DNA of 59,696 bases, counting the filler, from Porpidia crustulata (taxonomy: Eukaryota): the NCBI GenBank assembly GCA_964255105.1. It is 5 parts of 5 records of this genome, joined end to end, with 100 filler letters (N's around TTAATTAATTAA, not from the genome) between each part and the next. Parts side by side here need not be neighbours in the genome. Positions count along the whole stretch, not along the records: positions 11,983 to 23,840 come from CAXUWE010000589.1; positions 23,941 to 35,795 come from CAXUWE010000590.1; 3 more parts are not named here. The stretch is one strand, 5' to 3'. The first letter of the stretch is position 1; the number at the start of each line of letters is the position of its first letter. Under the pieces are notes generated by a model that saw nothing but the letters and a program-made list of their open reading frames with translations, made no database searches and was not told where the DNA came from. A program made the translations under genes and the position numbers. Shown here in pieces: positions 13,876-25,150 of this stretch.

Positions 13876-14417
13876 CTAATCTACGCTCGCCACGGGCGTG
13901 TGACCTGCTGCCGTGTCCTGTGTCTCATCTGCCTTCACCAACGCGGCGGTAGAAGAGTGCTCCGGCAACGGATCTCCCTTATCCCTCGTTTCTACCATGC
14001 ACTCGCTCTTGCTGTCATTTCGAGAGTCTTTGGAGGAGGTTCTCTCAAGCTTGGATGACGACTTTGAGCTGGTAGCTTCGGCGACTTCAGGTTTGTCATA
14101 CATAGAACTTCTATTACCGATTAGCCATTGCATCTGAGCGGCGGTTCGACTCTTGTCAAGTCATGGCTAATGAAAGGACATCCAAAGACTCACTGCTCGG
14201 TACCAATATTTAATGAACTGGTGAAGTCATCGGTGAGTTTTCGGAAGTTCTCGGGATAGCCCTTCGGTAAGTCAGCTTCAGTCTTCTCAGATCGACAGGC
14301 CGCAAAGCATACGATTTGAAGGCCTCGAGTTGGAGGTGGAGCTGGTGAACGAGTCAACGCCGGGCGCAGACGGCTGAAATAATGCTTAAGAGACTGGAGT
14401 CGATCTAAACATCCCAT
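13876..14417 (-). CDS. Hypothetical protein (~152 aa, 2 exons) starting MGC
   Basis: Exon 14417-14194, intron 14193-14111 (GTGAGT...GCTAAT...TAG) and exon 14110-13876 join in frame. Ser/Lys/Glu-rich C-terminal half. Confidence 0.55.
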
Positions 14418-14991
14418 GGTGTATTGCTGAAACGATTGCATGCACAAAAGAAGGTGGTGATCAGGGTCAAAAGGAAAGTGGTGGGAGTAATTCAAAGGGA
14501 TGGGAGTGGCAAGCTTGCAAGCAATGCTAAACCAGGAATTTAATACAAAGAATGGCGCACGCTCAAAAGCTAACGACAATAAAACAATGGCAATGAAGGC
14601 TCAATGTGAAAGGGTGGGTTTGCTGTAGAACATGGGCGGATGCTATTGCAGAAAAAGTGAAATGGCCACGGTGGCTTGGAATATATAAGGAGATTTGGAG
14701 ATTGGAAGGGCAACCAAGGAAATGAATGCCGTCTGAGTGGGTATCGTGTGAAGATTTCCACGTGGAAGAGAATATGAATATGAGACTGACTCCTGCCCTG
14801 CTTCGGGATAGCCCAAGAATGTTGGCCTCGGCGAGTGTACGTCCATTCATAGAAAAGTTCCCAGGATGAGCCTTACCTCCTATCCACATAGATACCCGTC
14901 ATACTTACTTAGGACAGAGTTCCCACCTACTACTTCGATGCCTCTTTGAGATTATTCAAAGCCCGTGCCGATTGATTTTCATAAGCTCGAA

Positions 14992-15005
14992 CGGTGACGT
15001 CACCG
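14992..15005. promoter_or_regulatory. 14-bp palindrome containing an ATF/CREB (CRE) site
   Basis: CGGTGACGTCACCG, about 580 bp upstream of the ATG at 14417. Confidence 0.35.
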
Positions 15006-15177
15006 CCTATCGAAGGTTTGTCGCCGGGAGAACCCCTTACATTCTCACCAGCATTCCCGACTCCTTACCATCGGAGATTTCTCCGGTGCCCCTACATTCC
15101 TAGAGAGCGGGTGGCAAACATTATCGAACATTATTGTAGTATAGAACATCGATTTCCGAGAGCTTGACCGCTCAAGT

Positions 15178-16734
15178 TTACTTCAAGCCCTCGTATACCA
15201 TACTCTCCATCTGTGCCCACGTTCCCATCACATCCGGATCTGTTTGAAGTCCAGTCAGTCATTAGCCAGTCCAAGGACGAGTACTTTGGACTCACTGCCA
15301 AAAGGAAGAATCTGGCTTGCGATTATGCCTGCAACGCCTCTCTCGCGGTCACACCACCAAAACAGATTGGGCAACCCTGCCCACCAGCCCGTATTCTGGC
15401 CTCTTCCTGTGGCACCCTCGTGGATCGTCAGCATAAACGTCAGGCCCCAGCCTTGCGGCTGCTCCCGTGGCTGTGGATACAGGTCCGAAATTGGGTTTGT
15501 ATACTCCGGCTTCGAAGCAGGAATGTCTTGACGGCCAAAGTTGGGGAATTGCGGGATCTGGTTTGTGAACATCTGAGAAACTGTTTCGGATTTGAGGAGC
15601 TGGAAGCCCGTGGTAGGTGATTTGCCATCATTGAGAAGTGTTGCGAGGATTTCTGTATTTCGAAACACGGAGAATTAGCAGGTGATCTATGGGGACCGAC
15701 GGGTTCGTGGTTCTTCACCGCAGTATTCAATGGGTCGAGCAAAGCACCCGGCGCCGGCGCTATTAAAGACTCCTGCAACGTCTTTGCCTTCAACCATCAG
15801 CGGCCGTCGAAGGGCATGCTCCCGCTCTCTGATGTTGCCATCGGGTGCCTTAGCGTGCATACGGGCCAGGTCCCGCTTCATTTGCTCGGTCGGAAACATG
15901 TTGATATTCTTGATGTCAAGGGGCTGCAAGATATATTTCTGGAAGTAATCATTCAATGACATTCCAGATACTCGTTCGATCATGGTGCCAGCCCAGTCAA
16001 TGCCAACCTAGAATTCGGTATCAATCGTGATCAATCGCATCACTAAGGGACTGTAGCTAGCCTACCCCATATTGCCATTGGGTTCCAGGTTCAAAGACCA
16101 GCGGTTGGCCCAGAAGGTCCTTACTGGTGTGATATTGAATTTCGTCACATCCCACAGGTTGACCCCATTTGCGGAGATTATGGTTGAAAAAAGTATACCT
16201 GATTTCTTCAAGTCAGATAATAAAATTCTTAGGTAGGTCCTTCTTGGAGGGCAAAATAATACCCAAAACCAGCTGTTCGAGCGTCAGTAGGTCATGGCCC
16301 ATCTTTCGAAGTGCTAATTTTGCCTTACCAGTATGTGTCAGTAACATTTTCAAAGTTATTCGGTTCTTCTTATCGACGTATTCCGCCTCGCCATGCTCGT
16401 CGACATTCGTCAAAATCCGAACGCTTTTCAGTTCCGGGCACACTTTTTCGACCTGGTCCGCGTCGTCTAGACTCAACTTGCCTTGTTCACATAATTGCAT
16501 GGCAGCTATACCGCCAATCATCTTCGTGCACGAGGCAATCCAAAAAACTGTATCTAAGCTCATGGGCTCCTTGGTATCAACGCCTTTCGTTCCACTTGCG
16601 TGGGAGAAGATGATCTTCCCATCTTTGCCAACAACGACCGCAACACAACCCGGTATCTTGTTCTTGTCCGCTGTGACCGTATCGAGGGCCTTGCGGATGT
16701 TGGCCGTTGTGGAATCAGAGAGGACTTTAGCCAT
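15178..16734 (-). CDS. Beta-lactamase/transpeptidase-fold serine esterase (LovD/EstB-like), multi-exon
   Basis: SxxK motif in FWIASCTK, plus LLTHT, PGTQWQYG, SAGAGCF, WAGLPNLFWWCDRERG and SQILPFG. Terminal exon ...VYEGLK*. Confidence 0.93.
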
Positions 16735-17276
16735 GATTAGCTGCTTTGATCAATAGATTATCATGAGCATGGAAATGCCACGCTCGCCGACAAGCGACTT
16801 CCATTATATGTATGCTACAACCATGTCCGTAATGTATGATGTGTCTGCTTGGTTCCAGGCCAAGTCGAATCATGACTAACGATTCGATTTTGCGGGGTAT
16901 GTTAGCTACCAAGGATATGAAAAACAAATTAAGCAAATCTGGTGGGGTAACTGGGTATCTGGCAGCCACCAAACTGACGATTTGGAACGGATTAGGAGCT
17001 TCTGAATCCTCTGTTTGTGGAGTCGGACAAGCGGATTATGGACCAGCCGCAAGCCCCTGGCGCCCGTGATCAAGCTGTAAGGCAACTACAGTCGGTAGTA
17101 TCGTAGGGAGACGCTCAAAAGCCATCTTAATTATCTTCTGACATAGAGAGAGTGATATACGTTTGAACGGAATTTTTGGAACCCGCACGCCAAGGGATCG
17201 GACCTTGGGATAAAAGCATCCCAGCTTCACATGTCTTGTTGGAAAATGGTCGAAAGAGGTAGCTATCTCCGAGACG

Positions 17277-18463
17277 TTAGAGAGATATTATACTTTGTAG
17301 AGGTACACCCCATATTGAGCCTGCGATAACCATTCCGCCTACACTCATGAGGAGTGCCATCAGAATGTTCACTCCGTTGTTGTCAAGGATGCCATACCCG
17401 CTCTCGATCCTGCGACTTGGATAGTCGTCTTCTCTCTTGTTGGCTCCTGCGTGAGATCCGATAACAGGTACCTGAAATGTAGTATGTTAGCTTGTCCACT
17501 TTCACTAGGCCACACTTACCTTCTTGCCACCGTTTCCTTCTATAATTTTGCCTGTGCGAGCATCAACCACACTGGCTTGGAACCACCCACCAAGGGCGCT
17601 GTCCAAGAAGCTTCCGAGACCGCCCCAGACGGTGACTGCTATGACCCAATAAGCCTTCTCCTCCCAGCCCCAGCCGCTTCCGCCCTTCAGTCCCGGTTGA
17701 TTATCACCGAACAATTTTCCTGTTTTAGATGTCAAGCCGACCACACAGAACGGTAGAAGAACTGTAGAAGTTAAGGCAATTGTGAAGGCGCCAAGAAATC
17801 CAGCCATCGAGCCAGCTAATGTAACACCGCCATTCGTTCCTGGAGGAACTTGCCGGAAGTTCCAGGAAGTCAAGAGCCGGGGCTTGCTCTTGGAAAGAAT
17901 GCCGAGTTCTGAGGAGAAGGTATCTGCAGCTACAGCTGCGTAATTACTAGAGATTGCACATCAGCAAGAGCTTTCACTGAAACCCATATTTAAATTCAAT
18001 ACCTCACAATCCCAACAGCCAGTAGATCGTGGCCATAGGGCATGCAATCCTGACTTGCATTACCGCTCTTATCCTCTGCAAGTAGTTTACGATAATGCAA
18101 CAGAATAAGCACAGAAGCCACCACGGAATTGGCCAAAACCTGAATATGCGTTCGAGCACCTTCTCCCCCAGACAAGCCTGAGGAAGAGAAGGTCAATCTC
18201 GCCTTGACATTGTGCTTGACCTGCCAAATCGTAAGCGATCGCGTGTCAAATGTCATTCGACAGAGTAGGAATAGCACCTTAGTCACAGAAGTCCCACCGA
18301 GGAAGAAAGCCACAAGCAAAGCAAAGAATGCACTCCATGGGTGTATAGCATGTATAGTAGCCGTCACCGCTGCCGCGGCAATACCGAGAGGAGTTAGTGA
18401 CTTGTGGGAGTAGGCGCGATAGACCAACGCCAGCGTCGTTGGAACAGCAATATAAGAATGCAT
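17277..18463 (-). CDS. DUF92/TMEM19-family integral membrane protein, multi-exon
   Basis: Motifs KSLTPLG, GGEGARTHIQVLANS, AADTFSSELGILSK, VPPGTNGGVT, GSFLDSALGGWFQAS and LDNNGVNILMA. Confidence 0.92.
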
Positions 18464-18951
18464 TCCACGAGAGCCGTCCGGGAGTAGCAACAACTCAGTG
18501 GCTCCAATGTAATATCGAATCGTAGAATTGGGAAGCTTGGCTTGCTCGGATCAGGCGTGTCAGGGTCGTTGGGCGGGAGCTTGCGGCGTGGGGTTGGAGG
18601 CATGAGGCATGAGGCTCAGCCGGAACCCTGGAAACTTCGTTGGAGTACGGTGGGCCTTGACGTTCACTTTTGATATTCATGATCGCTCGTATACGACTAT
18701 ACATTATCAAGCAGACTATGAGACTACATTTGGTACGCTGCGAGAGCTGGTCTGGCCTTCTGGCTATCTTGAGCTTCGAATTCCTGCAGTACAACGTTGG
18801 ACCAACCCTACTCCGAAGAAATAAAAATATACCTCACACTTGGAGACAAGACTATTTCAGACTAAACCATGTCCAAAGAAACACCCACTGTTAATTATAC
18901 AAGTATTATAGGTTGTTTCAGCACAACAAGGGACTTTCGAGCGTCTTTCGA

Positions 18952-21175
18952 TTAAACCTCCAACTCGCCTTCTAATGGATATTCCTGAACCATGAGCTGC
19001 CGTGTTGCATTCCCCGTATGTCTGTGCACCAGTGCAATATTCACGTCTCCGGATACCATATGTGGCTGTTCCCCAACTTTGCATGTTCCGACATTGCGTC
19101 TTAACTCCACGGCCAGGGTACTCGCATCCTCCGCCATCATAGGGTCTTCACTACCCTCTCTAATACCAGTGTCCCTGACCAAGTCTTCTTGGCTCCACCA
19201 ATTCTTTGCCGCCACCCCTACTGCACTCTTACGCTCCACGGCCGGCAGTATAGCCCCATCCCTAAAGATCCAGGGCTGCCAGAATTGGAAACTTTGCCAG
19301 AATCCAACGCTTCCGCCGTGGATTAATCGCCATGGTTTTTCTTTGTATGCGAAGAGCCAGCAATCGATGGCGCATTGTAACGCAACGATCGTAGTACCAG
19401 CACAGTTGAGTGGAAAGTACGGATGTAGAGCATAGCTATCATGATACTGGAGGCAGTGATTTATGAAAGGGATGATCCAAGTCATTAGATACATCAGCGG
19501 ATAAATGAACAGAGTGCGTATTTGGCGCTTGATGGTCCTATGCCGACGGTAGACGTCATTGTCTACCATTCCCGGCTTTTCTCCAGTACCTGAAATATTT
19601 ATTTGTGAAGCGATGGATATGTCGGGATTTCGGAGTGTATTATGGATTAGAGCATCTGGTTGCGTTTGAGCGTCTTGCAACACTGTATCTTGTCTCGATT
19701 GATGTGGACTGGCCCATGACACCCTTCGTTCCTGGAGCATATCAAAAATCGTAGGTGCAGGATGTCTCCAGGCGTATTGGCTATCTATGGGTCGATTTGG
19801 TTTCAGCTCTTCCTCGGATGATATGGTTGGTATTGGGACTGGATGGCCAAAGGAGTATGTCTCCCATATTGGTGGTCGTACATCAGAAGGCCCATCAGAT
19901 ACCTGGCGGTGTTGTCGATCGGCTTGATGCTCCGGTGTTGTGGGTTCGTAATGCGTTGTGCAGGTGCTAGAAGCTTGGTTCGCTCCTAGGTTCAAGCTCA
20001 ACTTGCGAAGCGGGATCATAGGTATACGATGTGTTCTTGAACCTTCGCGATATGTCCCGAGCGTTGGCTTAGAGGGCAATCCGCTTGATGAGAATGAACT
20101 AGACGCGCCGGCTCCGGAACGAAAGTGGTCGATTGTGATTCTGACGTATACGAATACTGCGAAATAGATTCCTAAAATGGTACACAAGATTAAATATCGG
20201 GGGACCCAAGCCAAGGCGAGACGGTACCAGAAAGGCCGGGAAGGTAGATAGCAGTAGGTTCCTAACGTAACGTATGCGTCATTTGGATTCGCGAAGGCTA
20301 CAGATGCCATCAATAGGGAGAATACAATCCAACAGCCGTAAGCTATATGTCGGAAGGGATACAAGCCAGCTCCTCTAGGCCTTTTCTTTGGTCTGATTAT
20401 ATAAATTACAGTATGGATTGCAATCAGTAAGATGATGAAGTCTGTTTCAGCGCATTTATTAGCTATAATCTAGGAAGCACAATATCAATTGAATGAGTAT
20501 GAACCTGAAGCAGCCTACTTGACGTAGATCGACTTGCAATATACAACAGGCAAGCCGCAAGGAATAAGACGTACCTGACGCTTCGACGCTCACGGCAAGC
20601 AAGAAGCCTGAGATTTGACAAAAGCCAGACGAATTCTTTATGGGACCACCAATAATCACCACAGTTGGGTAGATTAGATATCCAAGGGCTTTAGCCATGT
20701 CGCTGATTATGAGAAGCAGTATCAATCTGGGCACAGTGAGCAGGACTTCTGCATACGTGATAAACATGAGGTGCCCAGCTGTCAACGCTCACTTATGTCG
20801 GAAGTTTCTCTTCATCCTGATGAACCAGTACAACGTTATGATTGCGCAGACAATGCTAATCGATGCCGATGCTATGGCCAGCGATTGCTGAATACGTATC
20901 TGTTGGGGCGAGAAGCCGTAATTGCTGGCCAAGGGATTTAAGGGGCTTGAAAGACCTCTACGGAAACCGATAGTAAGTGCCGCAGGAACAGTGTCCTCGA
21001 TCACCTGATACGGTTCTTTGCCCACATCGTTCAGCAGAAGACTGTCAGTGTACACAGTAGACTGCCTGCAAGACCGTGCTTGGCAATCCATTACGCTATG
21101 ACGTGAAAGATTGAGATGGCTGGACGGAGAAGACTCCCGACTATTGGGATGACCTTCCGTGGAGCACGGCGCCAT
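18952..21175 (-). CDS. Git3/Gpr1-type carbon-sensing G-protein-coupled receptor, multi-exon (start codon uncertain)
   Basis: Motifs YWFIRMKRNFRH, LIISDMAKA, FCQISGF, YCYLPSRPFWYRLALAWVPRY; long third intracellular loop; IKRQIRTLFIYPLMY and DCWLFAYKEKPWR. Confidence 0.9.
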
Positions 21176-21616
21176 TCAGACTGGAGACATGGCCGGAAAC
21201 TGAGGGGTATGGCCATCAGACTTAGCAAAAGTAGAAAGGGAAGCTGAGTATTCTCTTCGGCACCGCTAGTAGAAGAACATCCGCGGCAATTGCAAACAGT
21301 GATGGTGGCGGCAGCTGCGAGTCTTGCCTCGAAATCCTAGGAAGCTTCCACCGACGCTGGTAGAAAAGGCAGTGAACTAACGAGATGGCATGAGTGCCTT
21401 AGTACTCGATAAGGGTCGAGGTTCAGAGCATCCTAGATAAGGCCTGACCAACTTCACTGTGACTTGTTGTGTCGAGGTACTGGCTGTATTCCACAATCCA
21501 TCCACTTGTTTCCAATAACGCTAAACCCTACATCTTGTCTGGCTAAACCAGGAGGACGCACTTTGTTTCCTCGCCAAGTCGAAAGACATTCTATGTGTCT
21601 CTAAAATACCTGGGGA

Positions 21617-22513
21617 TTAATCTAGACTTGGTCCTAGGGCCACGATACTGAATCGCATCTCACCACCAACTTGTGCTTCTTCTCTCTTCAAAAATTTCAT
21701 CGGGCCCAGATCTATAGCCTTTGCACTCAAAAGGTCTTCTCCTTCGCTTAGTTTTCCTCTATTCAGCGGTCCCCTACGTGAGCCATCCAGCTCCCATAAA
21801 TTATTCTCCTTAGATTTTATGAATGCCACGTAATGTAGGTCGACACGAGCAGATGCTTCAGGCGCAGCCGTATCACCTTGGGAGGCGGCAGAAGCATGTG
21901 CCGAGGCGAGAGTGGAGGTTGTTTCGAGGACGTGGGCGCGAGCATCGGGACGTAGTGGAAGTGCAGTGGATATTAGAGTATCAAGGGGCGTAGATTTGGC
22001 TGTTAATTGCGTCTTTGTTGAGCTGGAATTAATACTTGAGAGGAGATTGTAACATACCAATAAAATCCCGAACCAGACCGTTGGAGGCCGCATGTAGAAG
22101 CCCCATAAGGCCACAGGCGTTACCAATGGTTTGCCTAAACCATATCACCTCCTCATCCGGACCAAAGCCACTGTATTTCGGTAGCGAAGCGTCTTCTTCT
22201 GCCCGGAATGATTCGTAGGAGGGCGACACAGGGAAGACAAGGAGAAGGGCGTGGGCAGGTCGAGGCACAAAGTCAAGGAGGGAGGAATCGGTAAGAGAGT
22301 AGACATCATGGAACGAGAGACTCGGAGATAGTCCTAGTTTGTGGATCAACGATGACATTACTTCAGGATTGTTTTCTGTTCCGTATCAGTTGGTGCTGCT
22401 CAGGACGTCTGATTACAGAGGGTTCTACCGAGTGGAACAAATCTAAGTGCATCTCTTGGGACACGCGGGGTAGCTTCATTGTTGATGGGAGATGCCCCTT
22501 GAGCTTCTGCCAT
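21617..22513 (-). CDS. YUH1: Ubiquitin C-terminal hydrolase (peptidase C12, UCH-L3/Yuh1 type), 3 exons
   Basis: FVPL|ENNPEVM, catalytic Cys motif QTIGNACG, DLHYVAF (His), WELDGSRRGP (Asp), C-terminal FSIVALGP. Confidence 0.92.
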
Positions 22514-22730
22514 TTCTAAACGATGCTGTTCTAGATCTGATAATTCAAGATCTTACAGAAGGAGTTTTACATCAAGAGTACCTCTAGTAGCAGCCTGGAA
22601 TTGTGGAATCTATCCCCTGGACCCCTGCTCATAGATAGGGCTGCGCTTGTCCCGTCTCCATTTGCCTCGGCTTGCGGGCATTGCTTCGCTCGACGTCTTT
22701 CGACAGCAGAAAGCCGTTGATGTGACCACC

Positions 22731-23840
22731 ATGGAGTTTATGTCGAGCCTCCAGAATGGCTTAGATGATCACAAACCTTCGCTGTTTGGTATTCCGCCTC
22801 AATTGACTCTTCTAAGAAGCATCGCTAACGACCCCTAGAGCTGCTCTCGGAACAGCAGCTTTCGTCCCTCATTCCGCCCTCCCTCCGCTATCTCCTAGCC
22901 GTTGCGACACATCGTCACCCACGATATCTCCTCCGACTCCTGAACTCCTTCGATGAAGTCTACGCCCTGCTTATGGTCGCTGTTGAGCGCCACTACCTCA
23001 AAACATATGGAGGGGGCTTTACCGAGAACTTTTACGGCCTCAAACGCGAGCGAGTCCTCCGTATCAAAGGCGAAGAGGCACCTCGAACCCAATTAGGCGC
23101 TCCGAGTCTTATGCGCGAGACACTTCAGCTACGAGACCGCGACATATGGAGAAATATAGCCGTGATGGTCGGCCTACCCTACCTCAAACGGAAGCTCGAC
23201 GAAAGCTACGATATCCATGCTCCTCAAGCTACAATTCTCGGGCCCAGCTATAACCGAGATTCTCTCCCTCCAAATGCCTCAATCCGCCAGAGGTTTCTCT
23301 ACTACTATAAATGGTTCCTACGAAACATTTACCCTAGCGTGAACGCAGCATACTACTTCTCCCTCCTCGCCTTCAACCTTGCGTACCTCTTCGACAACAC
23401 CAAATACTCCTCGCCCTTCCTCTGGCTCATCGGCACTCGAGTCCGCCGTCTAGGCGAAGCAGACTACCGCGCAATTGCTCTCGCCGCCGAAAGTCCAGCA
23501 GCCCCGCCCACGCCTGGCTTGAGCCCTGGGCAATCTAACAGCATCTTCAACCCGGTTACCTTTGCTACGACAATCTACCCCCACCTCCTCTCCAGCCTCA
23601 AAATAATTCTTCCAACCTCCATTTTCGCGCTCAAATTCCTGGAATGGTGGCATGCCTCGGACTTCGCACGCCAGCTTTCCCGTAAAGCAGCCGAAGGGCT
23701 CGATCTCTCCCCCCCCATCATCTCTGGGCTACCTGTCAAACGCTATCTTCCTCCTTCGACCTCGACCTCCAAAAACTTAGGAACAGTTGCTCAAGCCGCA
23801 ACGACCAACACCGTCTCTCTCTCCAATCCCACACCAACCC
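22731..23840 (+). CDS. PEX12: Peroxin 12; C-terminal RING cut off by the contig end
   Basis: MEFMSSL...[13 protein letters not shown]...[32 protein letters not shown] and [10 protein letters not shown]. Confidence 0.95.
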
Positions 23841-23940
23841 NNNNNNNNNNNNNNNNNNNNNNNNNNNNNNNNNNNNNNNNNNNNTTAATTAATTAANNNN
23901 NNNNNNNNNNNNNNNNNNNNNNNNNNNNNNNNNNNNNNNN
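23841..23940. other. Artificial contig linker
   Basis: N44-TTAATTAATTAA-N44. Confidence 0.99.
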
Positions 23941-23989
23941 GGGTGATGTGGATATTTGGTTATTGGGGTGAGGGGAGGGATGAGTGGTG

Positions 23990-24180
23990 ATGAGCAGAGC
24001 GGTGCGGCAGAGTGGCGGGCAGAGTGGGGGACAGAGTGGTGAACTCAATGCGTCGCTGCGTTCAGTGGGCTGTCTGTCTAGGGGACCGTCTAGTCTAGTG
24101 GGCCGTTCAGTCCAGTGCGTCGTTTAGCTCAATGTGTCGCTGCGTTCAGTGCTTTCCGTTCAATGCGTCGCTCCGTCGAG
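23990..24180. repeat. Short degenerate tandem repeats (CAGAGTGGYGGG-like, then TCAATGCGTCGCTGCGT-like)
   Basis: About 4 CAGAGTGG/CAGAGCGG units, then about 4 copies of TCA(A/G)TGYGTCG... Confidence 0.7.
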
Positions 24181-25150
24181 TTCTTCGTCGAGTTCTTCGT
24201 TGAATTCTTCATTAAGTCTCTCGTCAAGTTTCTTGTTAAGTCTTTCGTCAACTTTCTCGTCAAGTCTCTCGCCAAGTCTCTTGTCAAGTTTCTCGTCAAG
24301 TCTCTCGTCAAGTTCCTCGTTAAGTCCTTCGTCAAGTCCCTCATTCATCTCCCAATTACGCCTGCTATCAAATCTCTCACCAAACTCCTCATCGAGTCTA
24401 CTGTTAAGGTTAATGGCATTACTTATAGCAGGCTTAATGAGAAACTTGAGAGAGAACTTGATGGAGAAACTGATGGCAGGCTTGATGGGGGAATTGATGG
24501 TAGGTCTGATGGGGTGCTGGATGGTGGACTTAACGGGGGACTTGGCAGGAGGCTTGATGGGAGAACTGATGGCAGGTCTCATGGGAGGCTTCTTGGGGGA
24601 AGGGGGTTCAATGGCAGAAGGCGGCTCAATGGGGGAAGGGCACTCAATGGATGAGGGAAAGGAGGTGAATTACGAGGGGGGGCGACTGCGAGAGGAGGTA
24701 GCGAAGTGGGATGTTCACTTTGGGGCAAATGGTTTGTATAGCATCAAATTTGTACACGGCGAAGTGCATTTGTTTCGACATCGAGCTATATGTACGTGAA
24801 AGATTTGCCTTTTCTGTTTGCAAAACGACGAGATTGAGAGCGAGGAAGCTCGAGAATGTAGATATTCAGGAAGTCGTTATTTGTTGCATTCCCTAGGAAA
24901 TCCAGGCTCATGGTCTATTGGATAAGTCAACGGTGTTTCTTCCTCTACATTGTTCCGGGAGGTGTATATAGTATTTTATAGTACAAGCATATGCTAGACA
25001 GTATTTAGGACCGAGGATCTTGAGCAAATATATGGGGAGTTGCGTTCAGAAGGGCAACTTGTTGAGGAGAAAGGCGTCGGAAGGGTTGGATTGACAAATG
25101 AAAGGGCTGAAGTCTGTCCTTTGAATGTCCGGGGCGAAGCCTGCATGGAG
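24160..25150 (-). pseudogene. Possible decayed ORF ending in PIKP and LDEE/LDER tetrapeptide repeats
   Basis: The frame of ORF 24160-24582 can be read upstream for several hundred nt with scattered TAA/TAG/TGA stops. No family recognised. Confidence 0.3.
24170..24600. repeat. 12-bp minisatellite in two oppositely oriented arrays
   Basis: Left array (~24170-24400) has unit ~AAGTCTCTCGTC. Right array (~24430-24600) has unit ~GATGGGAGACTT, close to the reverse complement of the left unit (GACGAGAGACTT). Confidence 0.8.

Noticed and set aside
12118..16734. Dehydrogenase plus LovD-like esterase as a secondary-metabolite cluster
   Set aside because: No PKS/NRPS/terpene backbone gene, transporter or pathway TF on the contig; the other neighbours are housekeeping genes.
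24170..24600. Possible CRISPR-like array
   Set aside because: Tandem units without unique spacers, eukaryotic context, no cas genes.
24115..24799. Several overlapping long ORFs (179, 221, 140 and 71 aa) on both strands
   Set aside because: Open frames are a by-product of the 12-bp repeat; none can be supported as a real protein.
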